NCBI GenBank assembly: GCA_039961735.1
Contig: JABRVX010000004.1
Coordinates: forward strand, 3,220 to 67,219
Reading direction: 5' to 3'
DNA from: Fimbriimonadia bacterium
GTDB taxonomy: Bacteria; Armatimonadota; Fimbriimonadia; Fimbriimonadales; JABRVX01
Length of the DNA: 64,000 bases
The translations under genes and the position numbers were made by a program. The notes beneath the pieces are model-generated. The model made no database searches. It worked only from the letters and a program-made list of their open reading frames with translations, and was not told the DNA's origin. Shown here one piece after another: positions 54,395 through 62,919 of this stretch. The number at the start of each line of letters is the position of its first letter. Position 1 is the stretch's first letter.

Positions 54395-55525
54395 ATGCAG
54401 CTAATCGGCAAGGAAGAAGTACGCGAGATGTTGGAGCCGCGCGAGGGTCCGTGCGTGACCATCACGATGCCGCTCGAGCGGATGAGCGCGAAGGCGCGCG
54501 CCAACGGCACGAAGCTGCGAAACCTGTTGCGCCAGGCGCTGCGGTCGCTACTGAATGGCGGAATGAAGCGAGCCGAAGCGGAGGCGATGCTCGAGCCCGG
54601 CCACGCCCTAGCAGCCGAGGGCGCTCCCTGGCACGAGGGGATGAGCGGCTTGGCCTTCCACTTCGCCCCTGGTTACGCGAAAAAGCTCTTGGTGCCCATC
54701 TCGCTTCCCGAGCTGGCGGTCGTAGGTTCGAGGTTCTACATCAAGCCACTCCTATCGCTTCTCGGCGCGGAAGCCACGTTTGCCGTACTCGCCCTCAGCT
54801 CGAATTCACATCGCCTGGTGCGAGCCACGCGGTTCTCGACTCTAGCAACACTGCTCGAAGGGCCAGAGGAAGGCAGGAGGCCCACTCGCAAGGAGAAGCA
54901 ACTGCAGTTTCGCTCGGCGCCTTCGACCTCGGGAGGCGTAGTATTCCATGGACATGGTGCGGGTGACGAGTTGAAGAAGGAGGAGGTCACCAAGGCCTTT
55001 CGCGAGGTAGCTCGAGCGGTGAGTGAGGCCCTCCGCGGCTCGCAAGAGCCGCTTGTCGTGGCCTGCGTCGAGTATCTGTTCCCTCTGTATCGAGATGTCA
55101 ACAACTACCCGCACCTCGTCGGCGTCTGTGCCGCAGGTAACCCGGATGAGTGGACCGATGACGAGCTGCGCGCGCGAGCCTGGCAGGTAGTCGAGCCGGT
55201 CTTTGGCGCGGGTCGGATGGCAGCCGCCCAGCGCTACAGGGAAGCCAGAGAAGCGGGTAAGGCCGCGGACAACCTGGGCGAGTGCCTGCTTGCAGCGCAG
55301 GAGGGCCGGCTGGAAGTCCTGTACGTGCCCGTCGGCATCCAGGCGTGGGGTCGCTTCGACTCCGAGGCCGGACGCGTGGAGGTCCGCTCGGAGCCTGCGG
55401 CAGGCGACGAGGACTTGCTGAACCTCGCCGCCGCTCTCGCCCTCGCCGGAGGTGCCGCTGTATATGCAGTGCATCCGGACGAGATGCCCGAACATGGATT
55501 GGTGGCCGGGCTGGTTCGCTACTGA
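54395..55525 (+). CDS. baeRF3-like protein (bacterial member of the archaeo-eukaryotic release factor aeRF1 superfamily)
   Basis: 'CVTITMPLER...NGTKLRNLLRQA...GLAFHFAPGY...VVGSRFYIKPLLSLL...FAVLALSSNSHRLV' and the C-terminal '...EDLLNLAAALALAGGAAVYAVHPDEMPEHGLVAGLVRY' match my recollection of baeRF family 3/7 proteins. Confidence 0.5.
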   Translation: MQLIGKEEVREMLEPREGPCVTITMPLERMSAKARANGTKLRNLLRQALRSLLNGGMKRAEAEAMLEPGHALAAEGAPWHEGMSGLAFHFAPGYAKKLLVPISLPELAVVGSRFYIKPLLSLLGAEATFAVLALSSNSHRLVRATRFSTLATLLEGPEEGRRPTRKEKQLQFRSAPSTSGGVVFHGHGAGDELKKEEVTKAFREVARAVSEALRGSQEPLVVACVEYLFPLYRDVNNYPHLVGVCAAGNPDEWTDDELRARAWQVVEPVFGAGRMAAAQRYREAREAGKAADNLGECLLAAQEGRLEVLYVPVGIQAWGRFDSEAGRVEVRSEPAAGDEDLLNLAAALALAGGAAVYAVHPDEMPEHGLVAGLVRY

Positions 55526-55550
55526 GCGGCCTGCAGCGCTCGGGTGCGCC

Positions 55551-56471
55551 TCATGCAGCTGCCGAAGGTGCCCAGTCGGACGATACTCTGTTTCTCCCGG
55601 CCCTTTTGCTCTCGTACATGAGTGCGTCCACGCGCTGAAACGCATCTTCCAGCGTCTCCTGGCTGCGCACGAGCGAAGCGCCGATGGAGATGGTAACCTG
55701 CAGCTTACCCCGCGGCCCCTCGACGTACGAGTTCTCAACGAGTATTCGGTACCGCTGGGCGCACCGAAGCATCTCCATCTCGCTAATCTGCGCCAGGCCC
55801 ACCACGAACTCCTCGCCACCCCAGCGCCCCACCACGTCCATCGGCCGCGAGTTCTTTGCGAGGGTCTGGGCGACCATGCGCAACACTCGGTCGCCAGTGT
55901 CGTGGCCGTGCGTATCGTTGACGGACTTGAAGCGATCCACGTCCAGGAACAGCAGCCCGAAGCCCCAACCCATTCTGCGCGACTGCTCCAGAGTGGATTG
56001 AAGCGCCTGCTCGCAATAACCTCGATTGGCGATCTCGGTTAACGGGTCCAGGCAGGACGTGCGCTTCAGATCGTCGGCCAGCGAAAGCGCCGCGACGGTC
56101 TGGCTGTTGTCGCTGAACACCTCCACCGCACCGACGATCTTGCCGCCCTCGCCACGGATGGGCGAGACTCGTACGATCACCGGGACACGATGCCCGTCTC
56201 GATGGTGAAGGCAGACATCGGCCTGGCGCGGCTGGCCGTCCAAGATTGTGGCGGTGAGCGGGCACGCAGTGTGGCAGAGAGGAGTGCCCTCTCCGTCTAC
56301 GTGCCTCAGAGGCGTATTCCAGCAGCACTTTCCCACGGAGTCGGCCGAGGTGTAGCCTGTGAGCCGCTCGGCGCCCCGGTTCCAATAGGTGATGCGCCGG
56401 TCCCGGTCCACGAAGTAGACCCCATCGTACAGATTGTCCAAGAGCTCTCGGTAGAAGTCCTCGTTTTGCAT
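55551..56471 (-). CDS. PAS sensor-containing diguanylate cyclase (GGDEF)
   Basis: Start at ATG 56471 (SD GGAGG). PAS segment 'LYDGVYFVDRDRRITYWNRGAERLTGY' with a Cys/His cluster 'GKCCWNTPLRHVDGEGTPLCHTACPL'. GGDEF core 'RWGGEEFVV'. Confidence 0.85.
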   Translation of the reverse strand: MQNEDFYRELLDNLYDGVYFVDRDRRITYWNRGAERLTGYTSADSVGKCCWNTPLRHVDGEGTPLCHTACPLTATILDGQPRQADVCLHHRDGHRVPVIVRVSPIRGEGGKIVGAVEVFSDNSQTVAALSLADDLKRTSCLDPLTEIANRGYCEQALQSTLEQSRRMGWGFGLLFLDVDRFKSVNDTHGHDTGDRVLRMVAQTLAKNSRPMDVVGRWGGEEFVVGLAQISEMEMLRCAQRYRILVENSYVEGPRGKLQVTISIGASLVRSQETLEDAFQRVDALMYESKRAGRNRVSSDWAPSAAA

Positions 56472-56618
56472 CACACAGCCTCCACCCGCTTTCCTTCCAC
56501 AGTTGTGTCGGTTCTTGGTCGTCCTTTCTGCCACTTTGCAGGATCGCGGTTCCTCCGACGGTTTAGTGCAAGCCACTTCCGGGGGCAATCGGGCTCGCGG
56601 AACGGGTAGGCTATTCGC

Positions 56619-59234
56619 GTGGACAATGAGGTCATCTCCAGCGGCATAGAGCCGTTGGATGAGGCAATACAGGGCCTTCGGCTAGGAGACAACGTCGTCT
56701 GGAGAGTCGCCAACCTCGCCGACTACCGGTATTTTGCCGAGCCCTTCGCTCGTCATTCCATCTCTGAGGGCAGAGACTGTTACTACCTGCGCTTTGCCCC
56801 GCACGAGCCAATCGTGAGCTCGGTTCCCGGTGTCAAAACCATCGAGCTCAACCCGAAGCAGGGATTCGACGCGTTCACCGGCGAGGTCTACGACCTGGCG
56901 GAGCGGCTCGGCGAGGAAGTATTCTATGTCTTCGATAACCTCTCGGCCCTGGTAGAGGAATGGGCTACCGACGAGCTGCTCGCGAACTTCTTTCAGGTGA
57001 CCTGCCCCTTCCTCTACGAGCTACGTACGATCGCTTACTTCGGGCTGTCCCGACAACAGCACCCTCACAGCGCTGTGGCCCGACTTCGCGACACACCCCA
57101 GGTACTGCTGGATGTGTACCGTGTGAAGGGCCAGATGTACGTTCACCCCATCAAGGTGCTCGGCAGATACTCCCCCCACATGTTCGTGCCCCACGCCGTG
57201 TCACCCGACGGGTGGACGCATGTCGTGCAGAGCGGCGATGCTGCCTCGGTCACGGCGGCCGCACGTAAGGCACCGCTCGGCGGTCCCATCACGCAGACCG
57301 CGCCGTGGGAGCGCGTGTATCGTAGGCTGTTGCAGTTCGTAGAGGACGGCGATGAAGTCCCCGAACAGAATCCGGAGATACGCGAGCTGAAGAGCCACCT
57401 ATGCCGCATGGTCATGGGCAGTCACCCGGGCTTCGACCGACTCGCTGATCGGTACTTCACACTGGACGATCTGCTGAGCGTTCGCAATCGGCTGATCGGT
57501 TCAGGGCGTGTCGGCGGGAAGGCTGCGGGGATGCTGTTGGCCCGTGCCATTCTGCGCTCGGAAGCCGAGGAAGTGGCGCTCGATTACGGGCCCATTCTGG
57601 AACGGCACGACTCCTTCTACATCGGATCGGACGTCTTCTTCACCTTCTTGGTAAGAAACCAGCTCTTCCGGGATCGGCTGCACATCAGTCACCGAGCCGA
57701 GATCTCGCCGGAGGAGTACGAAGAGATCAGGCGGCGGTTCCATTCTGCCACCTTCCCTGCAGAGATCGTGGATCAGTTCCGCAGCATGATTGACTACTAC
57801 GGTCAGGCGCCCATCATCGTGCGTTCCAGCAGCTTGCTCGAGGACAGCTTCGGCAACGCCTTCGCGGGGAAGTATCACAGCGAGTTCTTGGCCAATCAGG
57901 GGTCTCCCGAGGAGAGACTCGAAGCGCTGATGAGTGCGATCAAGCGGGTGTACGCGAGTGCGCTGAGCCCGGACGCGCTAGCCTACCGCAAGCGGCGTGG
58001 GCTGCACCGGAACACCGAACAGATGGCGGTGTTAGTGCAGCGCGTGTCCGGCATGCCGTATCGCAACTGGTTCTTCCCTGCACTGGCGGGAGTCGCCTTT
58101 TCGCGCAACATGTATGCATGGACGGACCGGATCGACCCCAAGCAGGGCGTCATTCGTTTGGTATTCGGACTGGGCACCCGTGCCGTGGAACGGGTTGGCG
58201 GCGACTACCCACGAATGATCCCTGTTAGCGATCCCTTCCTCCGACCAGAAACCGGCATGGATGTTGCGGTACATTCGCAGCACGCAGTGGACGTGCTGGA
58301 CACGACAGCCAACCGCGAGATGACACTACCACTCGCTGAAGTGTTGCGTAACCTCGACTACCCAGGCATGCACTACTTCGTCTCTCAGCGCACCGACGAT
58401 GACATCCAACATCCCGTAAGCAATCGCGTTGAGGGGCCCGCAGACAGGCTCGTACTTACGTTCGAAAACCTGCTACGCCGCACCGACTTCGTGTCGACTC
58501 TGGGTGGACTACTCGCACGGCTGGATGCGGCTTATGGCATGGCAGTGGACGTGGAATTCACGGCGCACGTTCGGCAGGACGGATCGGTTAGGGTCAACCT
58601 CTTGCAATGCCGACCCATGACGCTCCCCGGCGCTACGACTCGTGTCAGCGTGCCTAGCGACCTTCCCGCTGAGCGTGTCGTTTTTCGAACGAACAGGATG
58701 CTAGCAGGTGGTGAGGTACACGGTATTCGTCATATCGTCTACGTAGACCCGGGCGCTTATGTAGCCCTGCCACAGGACGAGAAGCGATCGGTCGGACGAG
58801 CGGTAGGTAAGATCAACGAACGCTTCGGATCGCAGGGGAAACTTCTGACCATGGGCCCCGGTCGCTGGGGTAGCAGCAATCTGGAGCTGGGTGTGAACGT
58901 CGGGTATGCCGACATCAGCAACGCTGCAGTGCTCGTGGAGATCGCGCGGACCGAGTCCGGGCAGGTACCCGAAGTCTCGTACGGCACACACTTCTTCCTG
59001 GATCTCGTCGAGGCCGAAGTGATCTACCTGCCCGTGTACCCCGATGAGCCGGAGACGCAGTATAACGAAACGGTGCTGCTTGGGATGTCGAGCGTTCTGA
59101 GTTCCGAGTTGCCGGAACTGTCCTCGCTGGATGGACTACTGCGTGTGATAGACGTGCCTGTTGCGACCGGCGGCATGCACGCCCACGTAGCCGCGGATCC
59201 CGACAGCCGCCAAGCAGTCTGCTACTTGGAGTAG
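56619..59234 (+). CDS. PEP/pyruvate-binding (PPDK_N ATP-grasp) domain protein with an N-terminal degenerate KaiC/RecA-like domain
   Basis: GTG start. The N-terminal 'GIEPLDEAIQGLRLGDNVVWRV' resembles the KaiC/RadA 'GI.GLD..L.GG...G' lead-in but has no GxxGxGKT P-loop. 'RVGGKAAGMLLA' begins PPDK_N. The C-terminal 'GPGRWGSSNLELGVNVGY...SYGTHFFLDLVEA' is typical of this protein family. Confidence 0.65.
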   Translation: MDNEVISSGIEPLDEAIQGLRLGDNVVWRVANLADYRYFAEPFARHSISEGRDCYYLRFAPHEPIVSSVPGVKTIELNPKQGFDAFTGEVYDLAERLGEEVFYVFDNLSALVEEWATDELLANFFQVTCPFLYELRTIAYFGLSRQQHPHSAVARLRDTPQVLLDVYRVKGQMYVHPIKVLGRYSPHMFVPHAVSPDGWTHVVQSGDAASVTAAARKAPLGGPITQTAPWERVYRRLLQFVEDGDEVPEQNPEIRELKSHLCRMVMGSHPGFDRLADRYFTLDDLLSVRNRLIGSGRVGGKAAGMLLARAILRSEAEEVALDYGPILERHDSFYIGSDVFFTFLVRNQLFRDRLHISHRAEISPEEYEEIRRRFHSATFPAEIVDQFRSMIDYYGQAPIIVRSSSLLEDSFGNAFAGKYHSEFLANQGSPEERLEALMSAIKRVYASALSPDALAYRKRRGLHRNTEQMAVLVQRVSGMPYRNWFFPALAGVAFSRNMYAWTDRIDPKQGVIRLVFGLGTRAVERVGGDYPRMIPVSDPFLRPETGMDVAVHSQHAVDVLDTTANREMTLPLAEVLRNLDYPGMHYFVSQRTDDDIQHPVSNRVEGPADRLVLTFENLLRRTDFVSTLGGLLARLDAAYGMAVDVEFTAHVRQDGSVRVNLLQCRPMTLPGATTRVSVPSDLPAERVVFRTNRMLAGGEVHGIRHIVYVDPGAYVALPQDEKRSVGRAVGKINERFGSQGKLLTMGPGRWGSSNLELGVNVGYADISNAAVLVEIARTESGQVPEVSYGTHFFLDLVEAEVIYLPVYPDEPETQYNETVLLGMSSVLSSELPELSSLDGLLRVIDVPVATGGMHAHVAADPDSRQAVCYLE

Positions 59235-59243
59235 CCGTCTGGG

Positions 59244-60302
59244 TCAGCTCGGCTCGGCCTCGTACAGGATCTGGTCCACCATCGAGGTGGTATCCATCAG
59301 CTCCAACACCAGGCCGCGGTGGTGGCGGGTGCTCCGCTCGCTGGGCACTAGCACCAGCCGATGCGAGCGCCCGAACATCTCCACCTCTCGATCCGTCAGC
59401 GCCGCAGGGTCATCGAACACCTGCTCGGCAAATGTGCGCAGGATGTTCATGCAGATCGTCTTCTGCTCGCGACCCACTTCGCACATCTCGAGGTCGGGGA
59501 GCCCGAGCTTCCGCATCCCGTGCGTGTGCAGCCACCAGCCACGTGCTTCCTCCGCAGCATCGAAGGCTACCAACCGTTCGAAGGTCTGTCTGGCGTTATC
59601 CGACATCATCTCCTTTTTCCAGCGCTCGCCGGTGTAGAAGCGCATTCCCTCGCGGTCGTAGATCAGCTCCGAGCCCATGAGGTCGGCCACAGCGTCTGCG
59701 AGATGCGCGACGAAGTGAAGGTAATCACGGTTCGGCATCGGCTCTTCGGCCACGAAGCGAACGATAACCATGGACTTCGCTTCCTTCATCGTGTCCATCG
59801 CCTCCGGCGGCACGACGGCCTCGTCGGAGTAGAAGTTGGGGTCGAACAGATGCCGGTTCTTTGGCGGCAGCGAGATGCCTACGTGCGTTCGGATGTCGGT
59901 GAGCAGCAGCGCCTCGGAAGTGCTCACCGCGGGCCTGCCGGAGGAGTTATGCGGATTCCCGCGCAGCAGTCGGTTGCTGATTGCGTGTTCGGAGGGAAGA
60001 TGCTCCTTGGGCGTCCACATCCAGAACTCGTGGACGATGGGCTGGGAACGCTGGAGCGAGGGGGTACGCCGAAGCAGACACCTGGCGCCTCGCGCCACCA
60101 CGTACAGCACCAGAACGAGTGCAATGGCCCAGCCAATCTCCCACACGCCGCAAAGTATGACACCCCGGCCGCTGGTACAATTGGCCATGGTCGCCATTTG
60201 GCGACGTCTCGAATCGGGGAGGAGCAGATTGGCCAAGGTGCAGCCGGGAGACCGAGTTCGGATCAAGGAGAGAGCCGCGACGGAGCAGGACGTTGCTTCC
60301 AT
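59244..60302 (-). CDS. Membrane-anchored DUF4261-like protein (start uncertain: 60302, 60197 or 60188)
   Basis: TM helix VILCGVWEIGWAIALVLVLYVV. The C-terminal 'GWWLHTHGMRKLGLPDLEM' resembles DUF4261/SUFU-like modules. There is no good SD at any candidate start. Confidence 0.45.
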   Translation of the reverse strand: MEATSCSVAALSLIRTRSPGCTLANLLLPDSRRRQMATMANCTSGRGVILCGVWEIGWAIALVLVLYVVARGARCLLRRTPSLQRSQPIVHEFWMWTPKEHLPSEHAISNRLLRGNPHNSSGRPAVSTSEALLLTDIRTHVGISLPPKNRHLFDPNFYSDEAVVPPEAMDTMKEAKSMVIVRFVAEEPMPNRDYLHFVAHLADAVADLMGSELIYDREGMRFYTGERWKKEMMSDNARQTFERLVAFDAAEEARGWWLHTHGMRKLGLPDLEMCEVGREQKTICMNILRTFAEQVFDDPAALTDREVEMFGRSHRLVLVPSERSTRHHRGLVLELMDTTSMVDQILYEAEPS

Positions 60303-60696
60303 GACCTATTTCCCGCACTACGCGGGGCTGGAGGGTGAAGTGACTCGCATCTACGACTCTGGAGAAGCGGCCGTCACGATAGACCCCGACTGCCTGCAGC
60401 CTGCAGCTGCGGAGATGCACCGAAAGGTTCAGCAGCGGGTGGCAGACAAGTTCCTCGCCGGCCTCTCGGAGGAGGGCCGCAAGAGACTGACGCCGGAGGA
60501 GAAGGAGATCCGCCTGAACTACGTGGTGTTGGTGCAGCCCGCCGACCTGGAGCCTGCGAAGGTGGCTAAGACCACCGCGAAGCCGAAGGCGCAGCCCGAG
60601 GGAGCCGAGGCGGCCACTGCACCGAAGCGGCCGAGCGCCAAGGACCTGAAGAAGGCCGAAGAGGAGTACCTGGCTACGCGCAAGAAGGCGAAGTAG
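60229..60696 (+). CDS. Small hypothetical protein with an SH3/KOW-like N-terminus and a Lys/Ala/Pro-rich tail
   Basis: TTG 60229 lies 6 nt after GGAGG (60218-60222). 'VQPGDRVRIKE...GLEGEVTRIYDSGEAAVTID' looks KOW/SH3-like. Tail 'AKVAKTTAKPKAQPEGAEAATAPKRPSAKDLKKAEEEY'. Confidence 0.45.
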   Translation: MAKVQPGDRVRIKERAATEQDVASMTYFPHYAGLEGEVTRIYDSGEAAVTIDPDCLQPAAAEMHRKVQQRVADKFLAGLSEEGRKRLTPEEKEIRLNYVVLVQPADLEPAKVAKTTAKPKAQPEGAEAATAPKRPSAKDLKKAEEEYLATRKKAK

Positions 60697-60712
60697 CTAG
60701 GCAACACACTCT

Positions 60713-61993
60713 ATGTCACTCCGAGACAGCGTTGCCACGACGCGACGGCGAGTGCATCGTGCGCCGCTCCAACTCTTCAACATCTCTCTACTATGGTTGT
60801 CCGTCAACTTCTGGTGGGCAGGCGTGTTGGGACTGCTGCTGCCACTATTCGTGGAGCGGCTGGTGGGCGGTGAGTGGAAGGGTACTTACCTATTCTACAT
60901 CGGGGCAACGGGAGCCGCACTCTCTAGCATTATTCAGCTCGTGATCGGGCCGATCAGCGATCGCACGGCCAGCCCGTTCGGCCGTCGCACTCCCTATGTG
61001 TTCATCGGTGTGGTGCTATCGCTACCTGCAATCTACCTGTTCTTTCACGCCCCGCTAGTGCTGCGTAGCTTCGGCTGGCTGCTATTCGCCTACTGCTGGG
61101 TACAGGTGTGGATGAACGTCAGCAACGGTCCGTATCAAGCGTTCATTCCGGACTTGGTGCCGGAAGATAGGCAAGGCCTGGCGTCTGCTTTCATGGGAAT
61201 GATGCTGCTGATAGGTCAGGCCGGGGGCTTCCTCGGGTACATGCTGCTGTCCGAGAAGCTGTTCGTGCTATGTTGGGTGATCATCGCGATGCTCGGGGTG
61301 TCGGTGCTATACACCACGATCAGCGTTCGGGAGCCTGCCTCGGCGGCCTCGACGCTTCCCCCGCTCGAGTGGTCACGCATTCTTCTCGTTCCGCTGAGAC
61401 CTTATCCCAGCTTTGTGTGGCTCATGGTGTCGCGGTTTTTCATCAATATGGGCTTCTACACAGCGCTTCCCTTTCTACTTTACTACCTACAAGATGCCTT
61501 AGGTTCGAGCGATCCGGGCGGGGATTTCGCGAAGTTGGCGCTGCTGTTTACCGGTGGCGCGTTGCTAGGCAACTGGCCATCGGGATGGCTGGCTGACCGC
61601 GTGAGCAAAAAGGCCATCGTGTATTTCACTTGCGCAATGATGGCGGCATCGGCTATCGCGTTCGTTCTCGACCAGACGCTAACAGGCGCGTTCGTGATCG
61701 GCTTTGCTTTCGGCCTGAGCTACGGGGCTTTCGTAGCCGTGGACTGGGCCTTCGCGTGCAACCTGGTGCCGAAGGAGCAGGAAGGTAGATACATGGCGGT
61801 GTGGCACCTCGCGTTCACGGTGCCACAGGTGCTCGCGCCATGGGTCGGGCCGGTGGCCGACTGGTTCAACCGCACCTATCCCGACATGCCTGGCATCGGC
61901 TGGCGAGTAGCGTTCTCCATCATCCCCATCTACCTCGCCATTGGCGCGTGGGCGGTACGCCACGTGAAGGAACGTAAGCCGGTGTCGGTGTAG
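60713..61993 (+). CDS. MFS transporter
   Basis: 426 aa with about 12 TM helices. 'GPISDRTASPFGRRTPY' is a loop 2-3 MFS/GPH-like motif. Confidence 0.7.
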   Translation: MSLRDSVATTRRRVHRAPLQLFNISLLWLSVNFWWAGVLGLLLPLFVERLVGGEWKGTYLFYIGATGAALSSIIQLVIGPISDRTASPFGRRTPYVFIGVVLSLPAIYLFFHAPLVLRSFGWLLFAYCWVQVWMNVSNGPYQAFIPDLVPEDRQGLASAFMGMMLLIGQAGGFLGYMLLSEKLFVLCWVIIAMLGVSVLYTTISVREPASAASTLPPLEWSRILLVPLRPYPSFVWLMVSRFFINMGFYTALPFLLYYLQDALGSSDPGGDFAKLALLFTGGALLGNWPSGWLADRVSKKAIVYFTCAMMAASAIAFVLDQTLTGAFVIGFAFGLSYGAFVAVDWAFACNLVPKEQEGRYMAVWHLAFTVPQVLAPWVGPVADWFNRTYPDMPGIGWRVAFSIIPIYLAIGAWAVRHVKERKPVSV

Positions 61994-62081
61994 GCCGTAT
62001 GCGCTGGAGGTTTGCCGCCGCGCGACTCCCGTGATACACTATGCGTGGCCCCGCAACGACGCGGGGACAGGGGAGAACTCG

Positions 62082-62915
62082 ATGAGGATTGCCTGTCTGA
62101 CTGCTCTGATGCTCCTATCGGTCACCGCCTTCGCCGATAGTTGCGTGGATCTGGTGCGTTTCACGTACTGCCCGCCAAGCGACGATGTTACCCCGAGCTA
62201 CATGGCGCAGTTCATGGTCTCATGCAATCAGCAGCCGGCGGACTACGGTATCACTACGACGGTTCTGTTCCGTCGTCCGGGCTACCGAGGCTATGACACT
62301 CTCAGCCACTCCACCAACTGGTTCTTCGGAATGCCCGAGACCACTTACTTCCAGTTCAATTGGAGCTTCGCACAGCCCGGAATCTACGTGTTTCAGGCGG
62401 AGGCGAATCCGGCGTGTCCTGACGACCCCTGTGGAGATCCCCCGTGCAACCTGGACCGCTGCGAGGTTCGATGGCGTGTGGCAGACATCACGGTAGACAT
62501 GACGCTGCAGAACTACGAGTTCACCGACCCTGTAACCATCCGCTTCGAACTCCGCGATCCTGTCACCGGCGAGGAAGTTCGTCCCGCGTGGCTCGTACCT
62601 ATCAGCGGCAATGGCCCTGTAGTGCTCGACGAGGCACCCTTCGGTACTTGGAAACTGCGAGTCGGCACTCCCGGCGGACAGTGGTTGAGTAGGGTCCAGG
62701 ACGTGGTGATCGACCAGCGAGCCTATCAGGCGCCGGCGTACTCCCTGCACAACGGTGACGCCAACCGCGACGGTTGTGTCGACCTGGCAGACCTCAACTT
62801 CGTCTTGGTGCGGTTCGCTCAGACAGGTGGGCCCGCGGATCTGGACAACGACGGACAGGTGGGTGTGCCCGACCTGGCCATCGTTCTCGTCAGCTTCACC
62901 AAGTGCTCGGAATAG
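62082..62915 (+). CDS. Secreted protein with a beta-sandwich and a dockerin-like C-terminal module
   Basis: Start at ATG 62082 (SD GGGGAG). Signal peptide MRIACLTALMLLSVTAFA. C-terminal 'NGDANRDGCVDLADLNFVLVRF...DLDNDGQVGVPDLAIVLVSF' is a duplicated EF-hand-like dockerin repeat. Confidence 0.7.
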   Translation: MRIACLTALMLLSVTAFADSCVDLVRFTYCPPSDDVTPSYMAQFMVSCNQQPADYGITTTVLFRRPGYRGYDTLSHSTNWFFGMPETTYFQFNWSFAQPGIYVFQAEANPACPDDPCGDPPCNLDRCEVRWRVADITVDMTLQNYEFTDPVTIRFELRDPVTGEEVRPAWLVPISGNGPVVLDEAPFGTWKLRVGTPGGQWLSRVQDVVIDQRAYQAPAYSLHNGDANRDGCVDLADLNFVLVRFAQTGGPADLDNDGQVGVPDLAIVLVSFTKCSE

Positions 62916-62919
62916 TGGG

